Shown: positions 21,545-35,435 of the stretch, in pieces
Numbering within the stretch: position 1 is the stretch's first letter
Layout: each line of letters opens with the position of its first letter
Origin: Bigelowiella natans CCMP2755
Taxonomy: Eukaryota > Protista > Cercozoa
Length of the DNA stretch: 45,223 nucleotides
NCBI GenBank assembly: GCA_000320545.1
Contig: ADNK01000184.1
Location: forward strand, 1 to 45,223
Reading direction: 5' to 3'
Notes under the pieces: generated by a model
What the model saw: only the letters and a program-made list of their open reading frames with translations
Database searches by the model: none
Told to the model about the DNA's origin: nothing
Made by a program: the position numbers and the translations under genes

Positions 21545-22882
21545 ATGTCGCCCGAGCCCGCCAGCCGAAGCAGCATTTCCTCCAATGCGACTGCTACAAT
21601 CGACATTGCACAGTTGATTCGTGAGCGCGACGAAGCGCTCAATCGTGAGCGTTTGGCTCTTGAAAAGGTCTGGCTTCTCGTGAAAGATTAAGTAGTACAG
21701 ACATAGCGTTCATTTGAGTCTATTGAACATCTTCAGGTGGAACAAGCGACCAAAGTCGTAGCAGATTTTGCAAAATCTCAAGCCACACAAAAGAGGGCCT
21801 ATCAAACACAATGTAAACTATCTTCTTGAAAATCCACAACACTAACACTGACTATGCGATGTGGGAATACAATTTCAGATGACGAGGATCGAAGAGAAAG
21901 GTTCAGACACAGAATACATGCTAAGATGATTAAATGACCTCATCATAATATACACAGAGGAAGAAGGAAGGAATCAGGCGCAACAGGCAGTATTAGAACG
22001 GTATTGAGGTCTGCTGCAAATGGAGACGCTGACTATGTCTTGCAGAACCAGCATGGTGACCACTCCAACGCTGAGAATCACATACCGACGAAAGATGGGG
22101 TAAACGTCACAACGAGTGGCTCATCCATAAGCGATATCAATCAGGAGAAAGAGGATAAGTGGGATGATACGCTTCGACGACGCTCTCCAAGGTAGTGGTA
22201 ACTTTTAATCGCATATGCGTTGGGCCCTCACTTTTGATTCGTCTTGGCTAGAGGTAACCAGGAGGCGAACAAAAATGACAGCGACGAAGACATTACTGAC
22301 GAGAACGTATCAAATGATCCAAATGATAGCTTTGATGATGATGATAGTGACTCTAGTCTACACATGCCCGACGACCATCCTGACAACTGCAAGCCCCGTA
22401 CAGACCCACTGGTGAGAGCAGAGAGTATAAGGTAGTAACGATGATCCATTTACGGCTAAATGTTGCTACATCAATTCAACACGCTGTTTCTTATCAGGGA
22501 TGCCATGTCGATGACATTAGATCAATACATCGAAAAACGAAGGTTACTACCCTGTTACAAATGTTCGATGAGAAAAGTGGGGAGGCATTGCATCTGATGA
22601 TTGTTCAAATACATGTGGATTAATTGTCCATCATTTATACGTACAGGCGGAGAGGAGATCCGTACTATGCTTACGAGCCACGTTAGAAGTTGCGTTCATT
22701 TTGTCACACTAGAACTAGCTGCAGAGAAAGGGACGCATGATTTGTGCGCTGAATGTTCACATCACGTTGTTTGGACGGTCAGTATCACAGTAGACACATA
22801 CGAACTTCACGGTGCAGCATCCGCATCCATGCAACAAACAATGAGCCCTCCCCAGCAGATCATTGCAAACGGTGTCATCTAG
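21545..22882 (+). CDS. Hypothetical protein (coiled-coil then acidic region)
   Basis: MSPEPASRSS...LIRERDEALNRERLALEK|VEQATKVVADFAKSQ... with GT-AG introns and an acidic exon NDSDEDITDEN. The 3' end grades into the TpA-depleted island. Confidence 0.5.
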
Positions 22883-23695
22883 ATGTGCGCATGCAGTGAG
22901 TGCACGAACGCAATTCATCAAGCAGCACGTTTGGCGCACTTCATTGGGATGGCATGATCATTGGCATCGTCACACATTGTGTGCACAGGATGTCGTGTGT
23001 CACACGTGTCTAGGCGTCAGCCTGTGATGAACACATTGACATGCGCAGTCCACAATGCCAGAATGTGGTGGCGTGGCTAGCCATGTGGAGACGTGTGGCC
23101 TTCTGAAGACATCTTTGCATTGTTGTGTCTCCATGGCAGCGCACACGTGCTTGATCAATTGACTCAATCAACCTCAATGCAAGCTAGCAAGTGATCTGGT
23201 TTTGCATTTCACATGCTGTCTGCATCATGCGCATCGCACGTTTCGTGTCAATGTGATGCACGTCCAGGTCTCATTCGTGCGCACACATGGCTGCTGACTG
23301 GTGTGTCCGTGCACGTCCTCATTTTGGGTGCTTGTTCGGGTGAATGTCACGAGAACAAGGAGTGTCTCTCAGGGTCCTCTTGACGAAACCTAGGCGACAT
23401 GCATCATTCCTGCGTGTGTAGCCGTCTTCACCATCATCATCACAATCATCATCATCATCATCATCATCATGAACAATGAACAATGAACAATGAACAATGA
23501 TGATGAACCACGTTTCCAAAGTGTTGCAAGACACTTGCAGTGTGCGAAACGCAGTGCCTCGAACTGGCTTCAGTGAGGACTACAACTAGTGAACTAGCAG
23601 GTTTTTGAATTGGCACAGTCAGGCCATTGTGAAACAACGTGGGCAGCAGCAATGTGGCGACGACGCAAGGCATCCACTCTGAGCAAGAACTTCCT
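22805..23695. other. Second TpA-depleted island
   Basis: All TA sites seen in ~900 bp are CTAG, GTAG or CTAC (e.g. ~22879, 23010, 23077, 23184, 23390, 23418). CA/TG are in strong excess and the flanks have normal TA. Confidence 0.88.
23469..23521. repeat. Dispersed short repeat, copy 2
   Basis: (AATGAAC)n AATGATGATGAACCACGTTTCCAAAG, matching 7280-7319. Confidence 0.7.
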
Positions 23696-23889
23696 GATAT
23701 CTTTGAATGGTACGACATAGAACAATGTGGGCAAAATCGTGTGCATTCATCAAGGACGACTTGCACGATGTTGGTACGACAAGGGACAATATGGGCGAAA
23801 TCGGGTGCATTTCTCAAGGGCGACTTACATGATGTTGCTTCAAAACTCACGCTCCTAAACATAGACGGACGACGCGCGCGCGACGAATG

Positions 23890-25066
23890 GGAGAATGTCG
23901 GACGGGGACTGGTCACCCGTTCTATTTGCGGCGGTAAAATAGTTGGGTGGGGATTGATCTCTTTCTCTCTCCATCTTTCTGTCTACATCTATCAATATCT
24001 ACCTCTTTTAGTTTGAGAGGGGGGGTTAAATTTTTCTTAATCATTTGTCATGAGAAGCTTATTAAAGGTGAATGTTTCAATTCAAAAGGTTCTGGGAGGG
24101 CTTGTTCCCGTTGTTATATTGATTCTAGGTCAGCTTCTACAGCGGAGCTGGCAGAAGAATGCTGCATCCGAAGAGGAAGAAAAGGTGAATTATCGTTTTG
24201 TTTGTCAACGAAGTCACACCCTCTCCAATCTCCAATTCCTCCTTTCTCAGGATACTACGCTTGATACCGAACAAGATGTTTCCCAAACCAGTCTTGATTT
24301 GAACGAAAGCAGTGTCGATGATGAGGTCGGCGCCGGGCGTTCCCTCAGCCAGGAGGAGGCAGAAGACTTGCACTTTTACAGCGCTTTAATTGGCACCTGC
24401 GCCTCATTCGAACCGATGAAAAAAATCATTGATAAGGTTTTGCGGGATTATTAATACGCACTGCCTAGGCATATACGTTATTTACGAGAGTTTTAGAGAG
24501 AATTTTGTACTCTGTCTGCACTACCATATAATTTGATTCTATACCTTGCAGAGATTGCACAGAGAAGCAGATTTTTTGGCTGCTCACAATAAGCTTTGTT
24601 TCCGTTTCGCTGCAGAGGTGTGATGATGCGTGAGTTCCTGGCTTACTATTATATAAGATTGCTACTGCTAGATAATACTTTTTACACTAAACTTAGAATG
24701 AAAAATGACTTGTTCCTCCTCCATTAGACAATTGACCCAGATTTGAGATTTTGTTGCTTGTTTTCTCTCCTCTACAACCACCATCGTTGTCATTTGCCTT
24801 TGTGTATTTTACTCAACGTCTGACTTGTAGATGAGGAAGACGTTTGCAACATTCTTTGCTGGGACGGATGATATCAAAGCTGCCTTATCGGAACGCTGCT
24901 TCCAGTCGGAAGGTTTAGCCAGTCTCGTCGCCCACTCCGAGGTACTAGTAAAGTAGTGAAGTAGTAATAGTAGTAGTAGTAGTAGTAGTAGTCACATCCG
25001 CTGCTGTGCTGCTGATGTTGGAGATGATTGTATTCTCACGCTTTGGTTATTTCCATGTCATGCCAC

Positions 25067-25107
<41 letters not shown>

Positions 25108-25830
25108 CCCCCCCCCTCTCCCTTACTCCCTCAAATTGTACACGAATCGTTAGCTGTCGTTGCATTCATTATTTTAACCGATGCGTAGATTGCTTCTTCG
25201 GCAGTGACTCGGATTCCAACGATGTTCGGCCCCACAACGATCTTCGATCCAAGTAGTAGAGTAGCGCCCATTTACTTTGTATTTAGCAGAGAAAACGAAA
25301 ATACCAGTAGCGGATAACTCCGAATCATTGCCTTGATTCCATCATCGATATCATCTTGTCCTAATTTTTAACCTTTGCTAACATCATAACCAGTTGCACG
25401 CGACATCTTGCTCGCAATTGGAAAGCAGCTGTTCCCTCTATACAGAGAAAGGGTGCAAGGGTGAGGAGAATAGAGGAAGAGGAGGAGAAGATGGTAAAGG
25501 AGGGAGGAGGAGTATTCCAAACCACACTCACACTTACACTCACACTCGCACACACATTATAAATATAGGTTTATACGTTCTGTGAGGTCCGCACTGGCAA
25601 ATTCTACATCGAAGCAACTAAACAGAGATGTGTGTGAATATATGTACTCATGCCCCACACCCACGCACAGCAGCGATGACAGAATGATAAGGATGGCGTG
25701 GCCTTTTTTCTCTTTGTCCTCCTCCTTTCCCCCCCCCCCCCCCCCCTTTGCGTGGAGATACTATATCATTTCGTTAAATTACTTGTCGTAAGATTTTAAC
25801 GATCTATCGATGCGGGGCGGGAGAACACTC

Positions 25831-25864
<34 letters not shown>

Positions 25865-27822
25865 GCTCTGGTACACTCTTGCATATTTCGCCGAAGATGT
25901 GTGTGTTGTTAGATTCTATGGTATTCCTCTCATCAGGTACTGAAGCGGTTACAGCATCTGGAACCAGAGATTATATCCCTCATTCAAGCCCACCCCCCAC
26001 ACTGCTACAGGTATTATTATTATTATTATTATTTATTATTATTATAATTGTTATCTAAACAGAAAAAGAATAACAATTATAAGAATATTGCGGAATATCT
26101 ATCCCGAATGCGCCCCGAAGTATATGAAAAGGGAAAGATGTACTGCTGCTGCTGCTGATGATGATGATAATGATGATAATGATGATGATGATGATGAAGA
26201 TGATGAAGAAGATCAATGCGTAGTAGCAGTCGTTCGTTCTTCCTTTCAGTTGAGTCATCGCTATCGTCGTATATTTACCACTGCTAACTACATCAAGCTA
26301 CGGTGTATTCCGTTCCCAATATCATCCAGATCTACATCCCAATTTAGAAATCCTCTCCCTGCATTATTAACACCGCCATCTCCCCTTTCCTCATTACATC
26401 GTATCATCATCATCATCATTGTCATATTTATCGATTAGATACGTGCACAGTGGCCCCTTAAGCTTCAAGGTGACGCAATCAAAGTACAAAGGAGGCCTTA
26501 TGAACGCGAGATTTAGGTCGGTGATTGCGCAGCTACGATATGTAAAAAGAAGCATTGCATCAGGAGAAGAAGGGGGGGAAGGGGGGCGACGAAAATAGCA
26601 TACAGGCTGCTGAGTGCTGAAAAGCAGCTGATTGTCAAAAGATTAAGATTTGTGATTCGAACGGCGTCTTTCGTTGTTTCTCTCTTCTTTCCAATTCAAT
26701 AGAATTCATTCCTATGCTGCTGCGATGACGGTGAGCTCCTCCTCCACCACACAGGACGCTGGCAAAATGGTGAGTAGTAGTAGTAGTAGTAGTAGTTGTA
26801 GTCGTAACCTCGGGTGTTGGCCGTTGTCCGATATCATGTGAGGGTGGGGGGGGGGGAGGGGGGGGGCAAATGATGATGATGATGAAAAAGAGAAAGAGGA
26901 CAAAATATGAACAAATAGAAGTATTGGATCTTGTAACATGATGACAGCTTTCGTCCTGTCTCTAATATGTAGTCGCTAGTAAGTGTACTTTCCTTCTACA
27001 TGCACATGTTCATTGTCCTCCTTTCCTCCTCCTCCTCCTCCTCCTCCTCCTCCTCCTCCTCCTTCGCCTCCTCCTCCTGCTGCTACTGCTGCTACTCTGC
27101 ATCGTCTATTTCTTCTTCTGGTTTTCTTCTCCTCCTTCTTCTTACTTTGTAATATTCGTGCTCGATGAGAAGGGCAGTTTTGTGCTCTCCTGCGATGTTG
27201 CTGGAGTCGATCCAATATCTCTCCTCGACTGCCGCATAGAGGAAGGAAAGTACTTTGGAAGAGACATGGAAGGTGGGGGATGATCTATGAGAAGGATGCT
27301 ACTGATTCTAATAGTATTTCTACTAATGAAAATAATAAACGATGTTGATGATGAGAGCATGATGCTGATTGTAGCTGCTCCGGCAAAAATGGTGGTGGTG
27401 GTGGTGGTAGGAGGAGGAAGAGGAAGAGGGGGGGCTATGTGCAAATGATGATGAGGAGGAAGTGTAATGATGATGATGATGATGAGGCAACAACCAACAA
27501 GCACTGTTCTAGCTAGATCTTCGCATAGTTGATGATTACACTTTAATTTCCTTGCAGCATTTTCTCACTTTCTTTATCCTCCCCCTCCTCCTCCTCCGCC
27601 TCCTCCTCCTCCTCCTCCTATTCTCGCGCATGATTGATGAATAAATCACAGGTGGGGTGGGATTCACTGTAAGAGGCAGATCGGCAGTACACCCGAAGAA
27701 GCGAGTTACGTTCGATTTGGTACACACCTAGCCTCCTTCCGCAGCTAGCATGGAGAGACTACTCGCTGCTGCGATGATACATACTACTAAGCATTGCTGT
27801 TTTTGTTATTGTTGTTGTTGTT

Positions 27823-27853
<31 letters not shown>

Positions 27854-28700
27854 CTTGAACCGTTCCTTTGCTGCATTATTGTGGATTGATTAGGTTGCGC
27901 AAAGCCAGGCTGAAAAGGCCACGGTACATGCATGGTAGTAGATCAGAAGGGCGAGGAAAAGAAAGAGGAAGAAGGAAGAGAGGGGAGGAGGCAAGAAGGG
28001 TTTGGAGGAGTTGAAGTGCGGCACATTCGTACAATGCTCGTATTCTCTCCCTTCTCGATCTGTGTTTCCTTTGTAGCGACGCTGCGAGGTTTTAAGAGAA
28101 ACCACGTTCCTTCCGTTTTTACACAAACAATGCGAATAATACTGCTATTACTAACACAGTGGGTGGAGAAGCTAGCGATGTTTCAGAAATCATCCGCAAA
28201 CGCCTCGAAGATGATCGACTTCTGCGCGGATGCAACAATGAAGGTTGTACCCTACTTCTATTGGCATGCCTCTCTTTCTCTCCCCCCCCCTCCCCCTCTC
28301 TTTCGCTGTGCAGTAATTATGGTGGCTTATCTCTCTGCGATGATAGATTGGCAAGTATCTGGAAAGCAAGGACTACGACAGTCTCAAGATGTTAACTGAG
28401 CTTGTGGCAAAGCACCTCCTTTGTGCTGGGGTCGGGCAGATTCGTCCTGCCTTGGTAATGAGCTTCCGCCACGTCTACTTCAAAGCCGCGGGTAGAGAAT
28501 CTTTATCCTACTTCTTTTCCTCTTTCCTCTTCTCCTTCGCTTCATCTTCTCGATGTCTGAAGTTTCTTCAGGTGTCAAATGGGAGAGATGCAACTACTGC
28601 TATTGATTGATTTCTGTCGTTGAAAATGCCATATAACTAATGCTACTTCGGCGTCGATACTTGTAATGATACAAGCCATTAATGTGTGCGTAAGGTCGTG
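23890..28700 (+). CDS. Hypothetical multi-exon protein
   Basis: Series of GT-AG-bounded coding-like exons (DTTLDTEQDVSQ...FEPMKKIIDK|RLHREADFLAAHNKLCFRFAAE; WVEKLAMFQKSSANASKMIDFCADATMK; YLESKDYDSLKMLTELVAKHLLCAG). No family recognised and ends approximate. Confidence 0.5.
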
Positions 28701-30659
28701 AAAACTGGGACGATGAAGCTTTTAGAGAGATCATGGTAGCGTTCTTGCTCTCCTGTCGTCCGCAGCCGATGCCTCTCCTCGTTTGCATTCGGAGTATATA
28801 TAAATATATAAAGTTATATAGTTATATAGTTTTACAGCACGTGATAGTATAATATTATTTGTGTTAAAGGGTTGGTTCAAGACGATGGTTGAAGGAAGGA
28901 CCAATGAGATTCATGTAATGCACGCCGCCGCTGCTATAGACACAGTTTATAGCTACATCTTATACCATATAGCTATAGTGTATACATTATACGTTGTGAC
29001 AGCAGTTGGACAAATGGGAGTAGGGTAGCGTAGATGCGAGATCAGGGTGAAAGCACAACGTGAGGGATTGGGCAATTGATTTTGCATTGGTGTTCGTCGA
29101 CGCATCGCACCCGCTTTAATAATAGACATAGTAATGTACCGCCAAGTATGCAACGTTTAAATGATGGTTTTTTTCTGTATTGGTAAAACATTGATCTTTT
29201 GCGCAATGACTTCTTTGTTGTGTTTTTACTAGTGATTTTCTTCTACTTGCATTTGCACTGCAAATGTTGCACTGCAAACATTTTTGCGAAAACATCTACC
29301 ATGGCACTTGAAAAAAAATACGCCTTGCATCATTTCCAATGAATTGATGCTTACTACTTATAATAGACATAGTAATAGCATATATAATATATATATGATA
29401 TTACGTGTCTATAATTTTATGACGAACATTTTGCTTTCTGATCATTCAATTATTCAGGAGGTAAACAGAGTGGAAGAGGAAGGAAAATGCTCTCTACACC
29501 GGCACGATGTGAAGCATCATCATCATTGCGTCATCGCTTAATGAAACCATGCGAACCATCGCATGGATGATGTGAGCGTATACACCGGCCACACAAAATG
29601 TAACTGAACGACGAAGTCACAAGCCATGCATGCTAGCATGCGTCACTACGCATGCACAAGCTTGCGCATTGCCATTTGCATTGTAGCGCATCATTCACCA
29701 TTATGGGTGCATGGTGTGTACATCGTGCATGCACACAAGCTAATCATGCTGTGTATGTGTGCTATACGCGCATGAACAATGCTATGTGTGTCATGCATAG
29801 CATGTGTTTCGACACACGATGTACCAGCATGTAGTGCACACATATTATACTCGCCTAGCGCCCTGCAATGAAAATTCACCGTATGACAGCTGTTCGTGCA
29901 CAAAAGCACAAAGTGAGCACGTAGGATTCAAGTGCAAAGGCAAATTCTCTGGATTTTTTCATGTTTCCCAAATGACACAACTTGTACATGATGAATCAAA
30001 TCAGTGAGAGTAGGTTGCAATTATGCAACCGTATCTCTTCATATCTTGGCAGATTGACTCGATTTCGTTCGGGAGTGTTGCATTAGTTCTAAGGTGCAGT
30101 CTGTATCACTCTTAAATCGAACCATACGAAACGATCTCATTGAGTATGCAAAATGAAATGAGGGATGCTTCTAAATAAGGACCAAATAAGGACACCAGCA
30201 TAGCATGAAATTCTTTGTGGCAAAGATAAAAAATTCTCAAATACGTTGTCTAAAAAACATTGATGTAACATACATCTATATATTATATTATATTATATTA
30301 TATATATATATAGGGATTGATTAAGGAATATATGTGAAGTTATAAAAACAAATATGGTGAGTCATTTAGCAGTCAAAAAGCAGCTGGTAAGGGGAAACGA
30401 ATAAAAAATATATGAACATTCTTGCATTTTTGAGCAATGCTGCTCTTGGACACCTCACCCAATACAATAAACTGCCGTCATCACTAGCCAGTCATTTTAC
30501 TCGATTAAGATAATATTTTCATCAAAACACTCATTGGCTGATTTTAATTTTAAATGCTGCAAACTCGTGGACATCTTGGTTCTTTCCATGGAATTTCGTC
30601 GTTTGTTGGTTGGTATGGCACATAACTATTTGTCAAATGCGAGAAGCATCATGCCACGT

Positions 30660-30798
30660 TCAGACGTTGGATAGAAGTTGCATCATGTTCTCCCGAAATC
30701 TGTGCCAATAAGATGATGCAGTGGGTTCAGATAAAATGTCGTTTAGGGTTGTTGAAACACGCACGTTTAACAGATTCTATACATATATAAATATATAA

Positions 30799-30880
<82 letters not shown>

Positions 30881-33620
30881 GAGAGAGATAGAGAGAGAGG
30901 GAGAGAGAAAGGAGGGGAACAAATTTATGAGTTACTATTACTTAAATCTCTTAATAAGGAATGGTCTAATGTCTTCCATATCCTTGAGCTTCCTCAGCAG
31001 TGCAAGAACCTAAGACATTAGTTTTTGAAAAAAAAGTGAGTTTCTACAAAGCAGATGAAATGTGTCCACGTGCGTGTGGTTGTTCGCGCGCACACGGGCA
31101 AGTTGGCTGCTCATATCAAACCATGCAACTTTGATGTTCTTCGATTCCAAAACTCCAAATTGAAAAACAGACACTACGCTGACAATGTAGTACCTTCGGA
31201 AGCTCGTTGTCCGTCTTAGAGTCGTAAAAAGACATGATTGGTATGACATTATCCGGGCTCGCCAGCATCGCACAGGGGTTATTATCAATCAAAACGATCT
31301 GTGATCATCAACAAGTCATTTTCACCAAAAAGTACAAATGCAGGGATCTTCACAGGGGGTAGTGTATTATATTGCAGGTTTTGATGTGCATAACGGGGGG
31401 GGGGGGTTCCATGGCTTCTAGTTTTGCTACTACCCGCGACATATCTCGGCCGAGCTTACTAATATCCTTCACGTATGGCTGCCCCTGTTTTCCCAGATAG
31501 CAGATGAGAGTTAAATTCAATGTTTTTGAATGCTCTTCCAAAAAAATTGTGTCTACATTTTGATCAACAGAATTCACAATGCATTGGTAACTGCAACGAT
31601 CCAACAACATCACAATAACCTTAAAGGTGACAGTAGAGCTCCGGTAGAGTCGATGCGTTATGAGTCCTTGCTTGTCAGTCAGATCAAGGACAGGCTTTGC
31701 GTAAAGAGGCACAGCAGCTGTAAAAACCACTACCTCAAAGTCCTTAGCGAGGTCACGCAAAAACTTGTCAAGGCCGGGCCGCTTGAAAACCTGCAAACAT
31801 TCAAATACGTAAATCTTCTACGATTGAGGAGGCTTAGGCATTTGAAAGGACACGATGCTTTGTGCGAGATTTCGGTTATGAATACTTCCTTCGCAATAGT
31901 AGTTTCATGTAAATATCCATGTATGTTGGGGATACCTTTACGGTTTCAGGCGGAGAATGTGCGTCGAGTCTAAGTTGGAATTTGAAGTCCGCGTCACGAG
32001 AAGTATTCTGTCGGTCCTCATCCTGTCTATACGTGTTTTTTGTCTCGAATTGGCTATGCAGCATGGTTTCGTCCTACAATATAAGAAATTGAATAGATCA
32101 GCAAGTGAAGAAGAAAAGAAGGGGAGAGAACAAGAATAAGGAAGAAGAGATTTGGAGAGAACATCAACGTTTTGGGAGATAGATATTGAGACTAATGTTC
32201 CATCTAGAATTGGTTCCGACCATGTCAAGAACAACAGTCACTTTTCCTTGATGCTCTTCCTTTTGGGGAGGTAGAATTCCGCTGTAGTTCTTTGGAGTTC
32301 TAGTCTTGTTCCCAGTTATGGTGGTGCTCCCCGTTCTCTTAGAGGAGCCCATCTTTTTGTTGTCGTTATCCTCCGGCATGGCACTTGTCGCCGGCCCTGC
32401 ACCCATTTGCTTACTACTACCCCACACAGTTACTCGAGGCTCCCACGCCAGGTTCTTAAAAGCTGTCTTCTGTATTCGAACCCCCCTCTCTCAACGCGGT
32501 GTTGGGGCAGAATGCAGAGACGACTCTTCAAGTTGGGAAGGCGCTCTGTGAGAGCTTTCTGCAGAACCCTACCAAATTAAATTAAGACACAGGAATATGC
32601 CAATCAAATGTTATTTTTCTACAAATGGAGCATATTTATGGTATTTAAGATACATTTCCGTATTTCTCAGTGTATATGGAAAGCATTCGATATAATGACA
32701 GTCCGCGGGTGGGAAGAGAACCTTATTGGCTGAACACTTATGTGGGATAATTCATCGGGTCAAATTTAAGATCATACATAATCGAGGTGTAGTTTACTAG
32801 ATTTATTACAATTATGCATTCCGTAATGTTAATTCATACAAATATTGTCATTGATTTTACCAATTAAAATGATTTTAAATCTCCAATACTTGCATTCAGA
32901 CCTTGACAAGACTTGGGCAAGAAATGCGTTTTGTTTCGGGTCGTAGTTTAAAAACACATTGTGTTTAATCATTATCCTTCAAAGATTTTGCTTCGTTTAT
33001 TCAGGATAGAGGCTACTGGTAGTTTCGTGTGGTTCAACTGATAAATGATCACGATTTCTATAAATGTAATGCTTTTATGGACATATCTTTGCAAATTATG
33101 ATGTCGTAGAATTTAGCTGCTCTGTTTGCAGTGGGAATGTGACTTATTCTTAAAAGATTTGTGCTTGTATCAGGCCCAACAATGCCAGATATTGCAGTTC
33201 TGTCAGACAATAAATCTTGAATTGAAGGACGAAACAATAAATTTTTATTCGCATAATTACGATATATTTTGAGGAAATTCTTTGATTGAATATCTCGTAA
33301 AGACTTTAAATTTTAAATAAACAATGACCTCTTCAGCCACATAATGCCAATTACGCCTTTGATGCTCACTCAAAATTCCTGTCATCATGTCAGATAAGTA
33401 TACCCGCAAACAGCAAAAAGCTACACGTCAAAACAATTTTATTCTAAGATCTGAAAGTCCTCACAGGTTTCCGTGGTGAAGATAGTTTGTTCAATCTGTA
33501 ACGTAAGGGACATCCATCCTGCGTCAACAATCACCAAATGTCTCTATTTGAATTGGCTCTTCCCCATGGCGAACATCTGCGTTTTGCGTATGTCGCCCGT
33601 TTCTTTCGGTTTCCATGACA
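30660..33620 (-). CDS. SCP/FCP1-like (NIF domain) CTD phosphatase, HAD superfamily
   Basis: VTVVLDM|DETMLHS (DxDET motif across an intron), [47 protein letters not shown]|VLIDNNP. Stop at 30660-30662. The 5' end is uncertain (core 30660-32560). Confidence 0.88.
30783..30874. repeat. Intact intronic (TA)n microsatellite, representative of many (TA)n, (CA)n, (CT)n and (CAT)n tracts in introns
   Basis: About 90 bp of near-pure TA repeat, showing that TpA is not depleted genome-wide. Confidence 0.9.
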
Positions 33621-33975
33621 TCGAGTAACTTCCTCAAACGAAGTGTTTTCCCTGTCATCGAACGCTCGTCGCTCATTTGATCTACCGGTAGATCATGTCA
33701 TCACAAGAGGTGTCGCATAGATGTTTCCCCATTGAAAAATATCATGCGACAATGAATCAGCCTACGACGTTTTCCTTCTTCTTTAAGTATTCTTGCCGAA
33801 TGTGATGGCCTGTCGGAAGCGTGGAATCACCTACGTTTTTCTCGATTATTTTATCTATCGGTTCACTGCATCCTTCTCCATCCCCCCGCTTCTATCCCAC
33901 TGCATACTTTTATGTTGATTGGGCGCGGGGGATAAGTTTTGAATTTTCCAACGAAATCGACGAAGAGAAAGAAGA

Positions 33976-34233
33976 ATGGAGTCTTACGTGCTTGTAGACC
34001 AGGGAGAAATGGTGTCTTGAAGCCTATTCTTCTTCTACAAGAATCTCGCTATTATTCAAGGGTCGAAGTTCGCTTAGCCGACAATGTCGAGTGGACAGCA
34101 GTTGAGGGACCGGATGAAATCTATCCTCGGATTAGTACTCGATCAAGAGGTTAGCTATGTACTACTTTCAGTACTTCAATTTGTATTAATAGTGTGCGTG
34201 GGGAGGTAGTCTGTGTGTGTTTCGAGCATTAGA

Positions 34234-34274
<41 letters not shown>

Positions 34275-34834
34275 GTGCTTCGGAAAGGGGAAAAACTGAG
34301 GTTTTGCCATTGTAATAACGCATATCAGGAACACTATTTGAAGAAATTAAACACATTTAGGGAGCATTTTTCCAAACCACTGAGGAAGAAGCGCTTCGCC
34401 GTCATGCATGTAAGTAATTTTCTGGAATACTGTTATTTTCCCATTTTGAATATCTACGAAGACCACTCTGCTACATCCCTCGCCCAGAAAACTAGCTCGG
34501 TCATCTTATTCTCCCTCATTAACCGCATCGCGACTCTCGAGGAACATTTCGTCCGCAAAATAAGCCAGGTTACACCTATCGTATGTGATACGTTGTAAAT
34601 AGTGCGAATTTGCATCGCCAGATACTTGTGGTCAGCCTAATGTAATTGTGCACCCAGAACCTCGGACTAATCGATATGGGACGGAAAAAGTACCGTAGCG
34701 AGAGGGGTGTATTACGTATTGCTGGTCTCTTCATCCAGTAAGAATGCGACAACAAACTCTTATCATATGTGCCCCTTCTTTGATGAACGTTTTCTCTCAC
34801 TCCAGAATATATTCTGTCGTCTGTCCGTTCGTCC

Positions 34835-34876
<42 letters not shown>

Positions 34877-35390
34877 AATTGGTAGTAGCAAAGCCTTTAC
34901 CCCACCCCCACCCCCCCTCTCTCTCTCTGACTCACTCCTACCCATTTTCTTCCAGACATGCGCCTCTGTTCGGCCTGTACAGCCGATACGCGCTGTTGCT
35001 TCCAGAGGTCTCGATTCTTCTCAAACTGGCACGTGAGGACAACGAGGAGTTCTCCGACTTTCTGAAAGAATGCGAACAGCGCGCTAGTGGCGACCAGGGC
35101 AAACCACGGAGAATATCAAACTGGCTACTGGCTCAGCTGAAGGACTTGAGCAAGTACACAGAATACCTTGCGGACATTGTCAAGGACGATAGCGTTGACG
35201 ATGAGGGTGAAGCTTTCGCCGCCATCGAGAGAGCCCAGCAGATGCTACGTCGGTCCTCTCTTGATATCAAGGAGTCGCAAGAGGTGTTTCGTGTTATGAT
35301 AACAAGCATTTATGTGATCTAGTGTAATACCTATACCACACACATACCCTCGGAGCATACGATAAACTACGCAAGTTGATTATTTTCTTG

Positions 35391-35435
<45 letters not shown>

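Noticed and set aside
13400-28800. Many short ORFs with poly-H, M, I, YI, CV or LS runs
   Set aside because: Translations of intronic microsatellites, not genes.
32180-32222. ORF-track peptide LDGTLVSIS resembling the phosphatase DxDxT motif
   Set aside because: It lies in the intron. The real motif is VLDM|DETMLHS, formed by splicing.
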